From the NCBI GenBank assembly GCA_017882305.1, contig JADGPU010000006.1, forward strand, positions 1-63,206: a DNA stretch of 63,206 nt, written 5' to 3'. The position numbers and the translations under genes are program-made. This DNA comes from Bacteroidales bacterium. GTDB lineage: Bacteria; Bacteroidota; Bacteroidia; Bacteroidales; VadinHA17. The notes beneath the pieces were generated by a model. It was not told the DNA's origin. It saw nothing but the letters and a program-made list of their open reading frames with translations, and ran no database searches. Below are positions 40,656 to 47,330 of this stretch, in pieces (the first letter of the stretch is position 1; every line of letters starts with the position of its first letter).

Positions 40656-40798
40656 ACCCCCTCGCCCCCGCTTTTGCGGGGCAGGTTCTTCGGGCTCTCA
40701 CCCAGAAGGGGGAGAAATGCCCGCCATTAAGTGTAATTCAAATTGACATCCGTATTTTCCTCCCCCTTGTGGGAGGTGCGAAGCGGCGGAGGGGTTTA
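40653..40798. repeat. 146-bp inverted-repeat doublet spanning stop codon to stop codon, with nested hairpin
   Basis: TAAACCCC...GGGGTTTA ends; inner AAGGGGGAG (40706) / CTCCCCCTT (40760); extra CCCCGC-TTTT-GCGGGG hairpin at 40666-40681. Confidence 0.8.
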
Positions 40799-41536
40799 CC
40801 TCCCTTTTACATCCAGCCAGTGTGTCCTTTTTTCAATTGTTCTTACCACAACCCATATTACACTTGCAGCAATAAATAGATAAATCCACATTCCAGTCAA
40901 GTATATCCGTTCCGAAAGGAAATAGTTTCTAAAAAGATCCATAACGGTGAAAATGACAAAAATATTGACAAAACTGTTGTATTCTCTCTTTAGAACATTT
41001 TTTAAGGAGAAAGGAAGCTTAGGCGGAATGAATTTAATTGAATAGGGGATAAAAGAACTTACTTTTTCTGACCATTTGTCATAAATGTCACCGAACTTTC
41101 TCCTCAGGAATTGCTCTTCTGCGAACATAATACGCTCATAATAAAGCCAGTATATAAGTACGAATACAAAAGTAACTCCTACTGACCGCAAAAACAAAAC
41201 CGGGCCAAGCCACATAAAGAAATTTCCAAGGTAAAGCGGATGCCGTAAAAGAGAATAGATCCCTGAGACATTCAATTCATCTGCAATTTGCCCGTTTGCT
41301 GTGTTTCGTCCGGACGTGTTTTTCGGAGTAAAACCTACTGTTAAAATTCTGATAACTTGTCCAAATAAACTCACCCCAAGAAAGATAAGCTCATCTCTCC
41401 TATCAAACAGTATTGCCTGCCTGTTGCCCAGGTACATCATTACAATACCTGCAACGATCAAAAATACAGGAAGCCAGCTTCTTCTTTTAAATAACCAGTT
41501 CCCGCTATTTTCAAATTCATGTACCAGGGCCATCAT
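40796..41536 (-). CDS. ICMT-family methyltransferase, LmtA (lipid A phosphate methyltransferase)-like
   Basis: TSGRNT..Q.AD.LN..G.YS..RHPLYLGNF, YYERI..AEE.FL..KFG..Y. Confidence 0.75.
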   Translation of the reverse strand: MMALVHEFENSGNWLFKRRSWLPVFLIVAGIVMMYLGNRQAILFDRRDELIFLGVSLFGQVIRILTVGFTPKNTSGRNTANGQIADELNVSGIYSLLRHPLYLGNFFMWLGPVLFLRSVGVTFVFVLIYWLYYERIMFAEEQFLRRKFGDIYDKWSEKVSSFIPYSIKFIPPKLPFSLKNVLKREYNSFVNIFVIFTVMDLFRNYFLSERIYLTGMWIYLFIAASVIWVVVRTIEKRTHWLDVKGR

Positions 41537-41715
41537 TTGGTTTTTTAGTGATGGGGCAAAAGTATAAAAAATCTAGAAACTGACTTTAACCGGAAAAATC
41601 CTGTTTAATTCTTTTCCACCTGCGGAATTCCTTAAAAGCAATTATTTGAAGAATCCTGACCAATTATTCTGGAAAGATTTTTTATCTTTATCAGTTGTAC
41701 TAAACCAATTATCCA

Positions 41716-43374
41716 ATGGCAAGTCTCAAGCTTTTACTGGGAATAATCCCTTCGACTTCTAAAATCGAACAGGCTGAAAGAGCTTTGATTTCTGAATTTG
41801 AGAAGCTCCATGTTTTTTCAGAATCTGAGGTGCTGACAAGATACAATGTGCTAAATGGTCTGGTAAATTCTTCCGATTTCGTTCAGAAATGCAAAGAGCT
41901 CAAATCCCTTCGATATAAGAATTCTGAAGAATACCTGAATGAGAAAGAATTTTTTTCACTTCAGAAAGCAAAGGATATTGTACTATATTTTAAAACCACA
42001 TCAGGAAATATCCTGAAAAGGTTTAAAGATATGGATGGGTCCAGTAAAATAAATGAGTTTGAGGCACTTGAAAAATTCATTGAGTCTCCCGGGTTCAGGG
42101 AAAAGCAAAAAATGAAGCCTTTTACTTTCAAAGATACTGATGAATACCGCAAGTTAGATGAGTACAGGGCTCTTAAAAAAGATCCGGAAATTAAAGCATT
42201 CTTAAAATCACCCAAGAAAAAAAGGTCATTTTTTAAACCATCTAAGAATAAATCACAACCTAAAGTTGAAATAATTAAAACCAGGTCAATATTAAGATTT
42301 GAAGAACTCAGTGCTTTCATAAAATCATCTGAATTCCTTGCAAAGAAAAACATGAGGCCAATAACCTTCAAAGATTCTGAAGAGTATAAAAAGCTTCTTG
42401 AATACAAAAGAATAAAAAGAACGCTTGAAATAAAAGAGTTTTATAAGTTCAAATCCTCCAATGAGTATGCAAATTTTCTGGATACCGATGGTTCAGCACG
42501 ACTAAAAAGGTATCATGAACTTAAAGAGTATGTTGCAACCTCGGAGTTTAAACAAAGAAAAGAATATCTTCAGGATAAGAAGAGATTTGAGAAGACTGAA
42601 ATGTTCAAAGAGATCCAGGAATATAATAAGCTGAAGAAGGATGCGGATATAATCTGGTATTTTAAAGTTAAGGACTCAGACAAATTCGATATTCTGAAGC
42701 AAAGGGAATTGACATTCAGTGATGAGTTTGATGGTGAAAAACTTGATACTAAAAAATGGCTGACAAATTATTACTGGGGCGAGAAGTTACTAAAAGACAG
42801 ATACTCCATAGAATCGGATCTTCAGGCATATACTGAAAAAGAAAACTTTGAAGTCCGTAACAGCATTCTGAGGATCAACACTAAACCCCAGAGAAGTACA
42901 GGAAAAGTCTGGTCCGTTGCAAATGGTTTTTCAATAAAAGAGTTCAGCTATACTTCAGGACTTATCAATTCGGGTACCAGTTTCAGGCAGAAATATGGAG
43001 TTTTTACTGCAAAAATCAAACTGGGAAATCCCAATGCAAAAAGCGCATTCTGGATGCTTGCCGATAAGATCACACCTCATCTCAATATATGCCGGACATC
43101 CACCGGGAAAGTATGGTTCGATTATTACCCGACAAAGGGAAATGGCTCAAAAACCTCAATCGGGTCGCGGTATTCCAAGGATTACTATATCTATACACTT
43201 GAGTGGACCTCCGATAAACTTGTATGGAAAATAAACGGCGCCGAGGTTTTTTCTCAAACTTCAGACGTTCCTCAAGAGCCAATGTATGTTCTTTTCGCAG
43301 GTGGTCTTGATAAACCGATTAATGGATTAACATCGATGGAAATTGATTGGGTCAGGGTTTATACGGCCAAATGA
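41716..43374 (+). CDS. Charged helical-repeat region + GH16-like domain lacking catalytic residues
   Basis: LTFSDEFDG..LD..KW, YTSG.I, AFWML, Y.LEW....L.W.ING, EIDWVRVY; ExDxxE replaced by HLNICR. Confidence 0.8.
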   Translation: MASLKLLLGIIPSTSKIEQAERALISEFEKLHVFSESEVLTRYNVLNGLVNSSDFVQKCKELKSLRYKNSEEYLNEKEFFSLQKAKDIVLYFKTTSGNILKRFKDMDGSSKINEFEALEKFIESPGFREKQKMKPFTFKDTDEYRKLDEYRALKKDPEIKAFLKSPKKKRSFFKPSKNKSQPKVEIIKTRSILRFEELSAFIKSSEFLAKKNMRPITFKDSEEYKKLLEYKRIKRTLEIKEFYKFKSSNEYANFLDTDGSARLKRYHELKEYVATSEFKQRKEYLQDKKRFEKTEMFKEIQEYNKLKKDADIIWYFKVKDSDKFDILKQRELTFSDEFDGEKLDTKKWLTNYYWGEKLLKDRYSIESDLQAYTEKENFEVRNSILRINTKPQRSTGKVWSVANGFSIKEFSYTSGLINSGTSFRQKYGVFTAKIKLGNPNAKSAFWMLADKITPHLNICRTSTGKVWFDYYPTKGNGSKTSIGSRYSKDYYIYTLEWTSDKLVWKINGAEVFSQTSDVPQEPMYVLFAGGLDKPINGLTSMEIDWVRVYTAK

Positions 43375-43401
43375 TAATAAAAATATATTAATAAATATGT
43401 T

Positions 43402-43430
43402 GTAGAGACGTCCAAATTGGGCGTCTCTAC
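43402..43430. repeat. GTAG-type REP-like palindrome (copy 2)
   Basis: GTAGAGACGTCCAAATTGGGCGTCTCTAC. Confidence 0.9.
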
Positions 43431-43440
43431 TGTGTTAATT

Positions 43441-43518
43441 CTATTTGGTAATCGATATAATGTAGGCTACCACCCTTCTTATTATCAGAATCAATACCAC
43501 TATTGTAATTGTTATCAT
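43441..43518 (-). CDS. Candidate 25-aa hydrophobic small protein MITITIVVLILIIRRVVAYIISITK
   Basis: ATG..TAG ORF below the track cutoff; hydrophobic with basic residues; ATGA-coupled to a 24-aa upstream ORF (43515..43589). Confidence 0.35.
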   Translation of the reverse strand: MITITIVVLILIIRRVVAYIISITK

Positions 43519-43593
43519 TGTAGTTTTGACTTTACTTTCTGTTCTTTATCGTGAATGAAGTCTTCATAATGATCTGTATACAACAACATTCAA

Positions 43594-43616
43594 CTATTTA
43601 AAATCATTCTAAATAA
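43594..43616. promoter_or_regulatory. Fur-box-like AT-rich palindrome
   Basis: CTATTTAAAATCATTCTAAATAA; TATTTA/TAAATA arms; resembles the ATTTAGAATNATTCTAAAT Bacteroidota Fur-box consensus as I recall it. Confidence 0.55.
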
Positions 43617-43662
43617 TAACAAACTAATCTTGAATTTGTTTAATCAACGAAATATGATACTG

Positions 43663-43691
43663 GTAGAGACGCCCAAATTGAGCCTCTCTAC
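43663..43691. repeat. GTAG-type REP-like palindrome (copy 3, diverged)
   Basis: GTAGAGACGCCCAAATTGAGCCTCTCTAC. Confidence 0.85.
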
Positions 43692-43728
43692 TTTCATATT
43701 GGAATCTTAACATTATTTTGCCAAGGCA

Positions 43729-43755
43729 TGTAACTTTGTATAATTTTATCCGTCT
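43729..43755 (+). promoter_or_regulatory. ECF-sigma-type promoter (GTAAC-N16-CGTC)
   Basis: TGTAAC tttgtataattttatc CGTCT, about 20 nt before the ECF sigma ATG; second copy at 45360. Confidence 0.55.
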
Positions 43756-43774
43756 TAGCATCGTAATTCACTTT

Positions 43775-44260
43775 ATGACAGTTAAGGAATATAACAGATC
43801 TGTTGAGGAATTTGCCGATTCGGTCTATCGTTTCATCAGGGGTAACCTTAAGGATGATGAGCGGGCAAACGATATTGTTCAGGATAGTTATGAAAGGCTC
43901 TGGGGACATGTTGCAGAGATTGAATATACAGTAGTTAAATCATGGCTGTTCACAACAGCCTATCATATAATGATTGATATTATCAGGAAAGAGAAGAGGA
44001 TGACAAATCTTGAACTGATACATGAAAAGGAAATGATATATGAATCTCAGTACACCGATCTTAATGAAATTCTCCATAAGGCATTGGATCACTTATCCGA
44101 ACAACAAAAAATGTCTGTTATGCTTCGGGATTATGAAGGTTACAATTATAAAGAGATCGGGGAAATTATGGGGTTGAGCGAGGCCCAGGTGAAAATAAAC
44201 ATTTACAGGGGACGCGTTGCTCTTAAGAATTTTATCGGGAAAATTGAAATAGTACTTTAG
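43775..44260 (+). CDS. ECF RNA polymerase sigma factor
   Basis: A.DIVQD, KSWLFT.A....ID, L...Q...V.LRD.EG.NY.EI.EIMG.S..QVK..IYRGR; start reassigned to ATG 43775. Confidence 0.93.
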   Translation: MTVKEYNRSVEEFADSVYRFIRGNLKDDERANDIVQDSYERLWGHVAEIEYTVVKSWLFTTAYHIMIDIIRKEKRMTNLELIHEKEMIYESQYTDLNEILHKALDHLSEQQKMSVMLRDYEGYNYKEIGEIMGLSEAQVKINIYRGRVALKNFIGKIEIVL

Positions 44261-44262
44261 TC

Positions 44263-45363
44263 ATGCAAATCGACAGATCAAATTATGAAATATGGCTTAT
44301 CGATTGGCTTGATGGAAATCTAAGTGATATCCAGGTTGAGCAGCTTCAGCATTTTCTCGACGAAAACCCTGAATTTAAGGAAGAATTTGATGAACTGTTC
44401 ACCTTCAGACTTAATCCTTCAGGGAAATCTTTTCCACATAAAAACCATCTGAAAAAAACAACTGAAACCCTTTCAGATTCTCAGTTTGACTACCTTTCTG
44501 TCGCATATCTTGAAAATGATCTTTCTGCCGACCAGCAAACAGAACTTAAAGAAAGTATAGAGCAGGATACTGAAAAGAGGATGTCGTTTGAATTGATTCA
44601 GAAAATGAGACTTTCGCCGGTCTCTCTTTCGTACATGCATAAGAATCGACTCAAAAGGAGAACAGTTGTTCAGAACGTTTTCAGATTATCATTAATTGGA
44701 TTATCAGCGGCTGCAATTATCACATTAGTGGTAATAACCTATCTATCAAAACCGAAGGACCTGCAAGTTAACTTTGAAAAGACTGCCCAGACTATGGCAG
44801 TTGACAGCACTATTCGGAAACCGGCAGTTAAAATAATCTCGAACGAAACAAAACCGGGGAGAAAGATCATCGTGGCTAAAAAACAAAGTAAAATTTTGTT
44901 TGGTGCATTGCAGGAGAAAGTTTCTTCTTTAACAGAATCTGCCATTAATCCTTCCACAACGAGTGATTCACTGATAAGATCTGCTGATCTTCCCCTTACA
45001 TTGATTAATAAGATTCTTGTTTCGCCGGAGATCTATTTAAAAGGAGAAAAAATCCCCAATACTCTGATTGCATTAAAGGAAACCGTCGCTGTACCTGAAT
45101 ACGATGATGGAAGATCCAAACTTGGCAAATTCATTGCAAAAACATTCCGTGTAAAAATACTGAAAGAGAAAACAGCAAAAGACAGCCCCCTTAAAGTTTA
45201 CGAGATAGCTGAAGCAGGTGTTTCCGGACTCAATAAGCTACTTGGCTGGGAAATGGCACTTGATGAAAAGAAGGACGAGAAAGGAGAGATTAAATCGCTC
45301 TATTTCAGATCTAAGATCCTTAAATTTAATGCACCCATTAAAAAATCTGAACCTGTTCAGTAA
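44263..45363 (+). CDS. Putative anti-sigma factor
   Basis: I.R.NYE.W..D.LDG.LS N-terminus, single central TM (SAAAII), 2 bp after the sigma gene. Confidence 0.75.
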   Translation: MQIDRSNYEIWLIDWLDGNLSDIQVEQLQHFLDENPEFKEEFDELFTFRLNPSGKSFPHKNHLKKTTETLSDSQFDYLSVAYLENDLSADQQTELKESIEQDTEKRMSFELIQKMRLSPVSLSYMHKNRLKRRTVVQNVFRLSLIGLSAAAIITLVVITYLSKPKDLQVNFEKTAQTMAVDSTIRKPAVKIISNETKPGRKIIVAKKQSKILFGALQEKVSSLTESAINPSTTSDSLIRSADLPLTLINKILVSPEIYLKGEKIPNTLIALKETVAVPEYDDGRSKLGKFIAKTFRVKILKEKTAKDSPLKVYEIAEAGVSGLNKLLGWEMALDEKKDEKGEIKSLYFRSKILKFNAPIKKSEPVQ

Positions 45364-45385
45364 CTTTTCTCACCCCTTCCCCGTC
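45360..45385 (+). promoter_or_regulatory. ECF-sigma-type promoter (GTAAC-N17-CGTC) overlapping the anti-sigma stop
   Basis: GTAAC ttttctcaccccttccc CGTC, 38 nt before the OMP start. Confidence 0.45.
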
Positions 45386-45423
45386 CCATCTCTGAAAACA
45401 GAACTATTTTAAAATTTACTACT

Positions 45424-46365
45424 ATGAAAAAGTTGGGAATAATCATATTGATAACAGCAATAATTATGTATGGATTCTGCCTGAAAGTATCAGCGCATTG
45501 CCAGTCAGATGAAAAACAGGAAAATGCAGGTAATAAAAACGAATCCACTAAAGGAACTATCGGCAAAGATCTCGGAACCGTTGAAGAAAATAATTCGGCA
45601 CTTAATCTGAAAGCTGGAAACAGGAGACTAAACATCCTTGAATCATTAGAAGGACCCAGCTTTGATATCAAAAAATATTCAAAGAAAGAAGAATGGGACG
45701 AGGAAGATAATGAGCAGGAGCATGCCAGAAGAAGATCCAGATTCAGAGGACATTGGTCAGGAATTGAATTCGGATTTAATAATTATTTATCTTCCGATAA
45801 AAGTTTTTCTATGCCGGCCGATATTGATTACATGACTCTTCACTCAAGTAAATCAAGCTGTTTTAACATTAATTTCACACAATTAAGTCTGGGTTTGACC
45901 AGGCATTTCGGATTTGTTACAGGACTTGGCCTGAATTGGAATAACTACAGGTTTGATGGAAATAACAATATACAAAAAGGACCAATCGGGATTATTGAAG
46001 AACTTGATCCGGAATTAAACCTCGAAAAATCAAAACTTGCCACCCTGTTTCTTACTCTTCCTCTTATGTTGGAGCTACAAATTCCGGTTGAAAATAATCG
46101 CTTACATATTGCAGCCGGACCAATAGGAGCATTAAAACTAGGATCACACACTAAAATGGTATTTGAGAATGGACATACGGAAAAAACTTATGGAGATTTT
46201 AGCTTAAATATGCTTCGTTATGGAGCAACCGCCCGAGTTGGTTATGGAAACTTTCAGCTTTATGGAACTTACTATGCAACTTCTCTGTTTCAGAGCAGGA
46301 AAGGCCCTGCAGGTAATGATCTTTATCCTTTTGAAATCGGGGTGGCTCTTGCCTTCAACAATTAA
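45424..46365 (+). CDS. Outer-membrane beta-barrel (porin-family) protein
   Basis: Signal peptide; HWSG.E.GFN, KSKL...YL..PL.LE-type strands, C-terminal FEIG. Confidence 0.75.
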   Translation: MKKLGIIILITAIIMYGFCLKVSAHCQSDEKQENAGNKNESTKGTIGKDLGTVEENNSALNLKAGNRRLNILESLEGPSFDIKKYSKKEEWDEEDNEQEHARRRSRFRGHWSGIEFGFNNYLSSDKSFSMPADIDYMTLHSSKSSCFNINFTQLSLGLTRHFGFVTGLGLNWNNYRFDGNNNIQKGPIGIIEELDPELNLEKSKLATLFLTLPLMLELQIPVENNRLHIAAGPIGALKLGSHTKMVFENGHTEKTYGDFSLNMLRYGATARVGYGNFQLYGTYYATSLFQSRKGPAGNDLYPFEIGVALAFNN

Positions 46366-46405
46366 TTTTTACATCATTCCTGATAATGGATTTATATATT
46401 GCATT

Positions 46406-46434
46406 GTAGAGACGCGCAAATTGCGCGTCTCTAC
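46406..46434. repeat. GTAG-type REP-like palindrome (copy 4, near-perfect)
   Basis: GTAGAGACGCGCAAATTGCGCGTCTCTAC. Confidence 0.9.
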
Positions 46435-46498
46435 ATGTTTAATATTGTTTGTTGTGTGCAGCTGGTGTATATTTGTACTGTTCAGATACTAATTAATA

Positions 46499-47266
46499 AT
46501 GGACGGCAATATATTATCTCCCAGAGAAATAAGAAGGTACGGCAAACAGATCATGATCCCTGAAATTGGGCTCCCGGGTCAGGAAAAGCTGAAACAGGCA
46601 AAAGTCCTTATTATTGGTGCCGGGGGATTAGGATGTCCTGTTCTTCAATATCTGACATCAGCAGGGGTAGGGAAAATAGGAATAGCAGAATTTGACACGG
46701 TTGATGAAACCAATCTTCAAAGGCAGGTATTATATGGGGCAAATGATGTAGGAAAACTTAAATCAATTATAGCAAAAAACCGTCTCGAATATTTAAACTC
46801 ATTTGTAGAGATAGAAGTATACAATCTAAGGTGTGACGCTTCAAATTCACTCAGGATTTTAAGAAAATATGATGTTATAGTTGATGCAACAGATAATCTC
46901 GACAGCAGATACATCATCAATGATGCCTGTGTCATTCTGGGTAAACCCATGGTTCATGGAGCAATCTACAAATATGAAGGTGTGATCTCTGTTTTTAATT
47001 ATAATGGAGGACCGACTTACAGATGTTATAATCCACAGGCAAAAAATGATGAATTTAAAAATCCTTTACCCTCCGGGGTGGGATTATTTGGCGTTCTTCC
47101 GGGAATAATAGGAACCTACCTTGCCAACGAAGTAATTAAGGTAATTACTGAAACGGGCGATATTCTAAGTGGAAAGATTCTGTTAATTAATATCTTAACT
47201 AATGCTTTTAATACGTTTTCTGTAGCAAATATCCCTGAGAATCATAATATTAAAAGTTTGGAATGA
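46499..47266 (+). CDS. HesA/MoeB/ThiF family adenylyltransferase
   Basis: RY..Q, GAGGLG, D.V..TNLQRQ, DATDN...RY..ND. Confidence 0.9.
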   Translation: MDGNILSPREIRRYGKQIMIPEIGLPGQEKLKQAKVLIIGAGGLGCPVLQYLTSAGVGKIGIAEFDTVDETNLQRQVLYGANDVGKLKSIIAKNRLEYLNSFVEIEVYNLRCDASNSLRILRKYDVIVDATDNLDSRYIINDACVILGKPMVHGAIYKYEGVISVFNYNGGPTYRCYNPQAKNDEFKNPLPSGVGLFGVLPGIIGTYLANEVIKVITETGDILSGKILLINILTNAFNTFSVANIPENHNIKSLE

Positions 47267-47330
47267 GTCAGAGTTTGTTAACTTTGCTCCCCTGTAATTC
47301 CATTAGTGGACAGATATTTCTTTTATAAAA

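Noticed and set aside
40565-40879. 104-aa ORF across the peptidase/methyltransferase junction
   Set aside because: Read-through of the GC-rich inverted-repeat element, overlapping two real genes.
43402-43691. Two 29-bp palindromic repeats as a possible CRISPR array
   Set aside because: They are 232 bp apart, other copies are dispersed singly, and no cas genes are present; this is REP behaviour.
47264-47281. TGA stop of the MoeB-like gene as a possible selenocysteine read-through
   Set aside because: An in-frame TAA follows within five codons and no SECIS-like hairpin is apparent.
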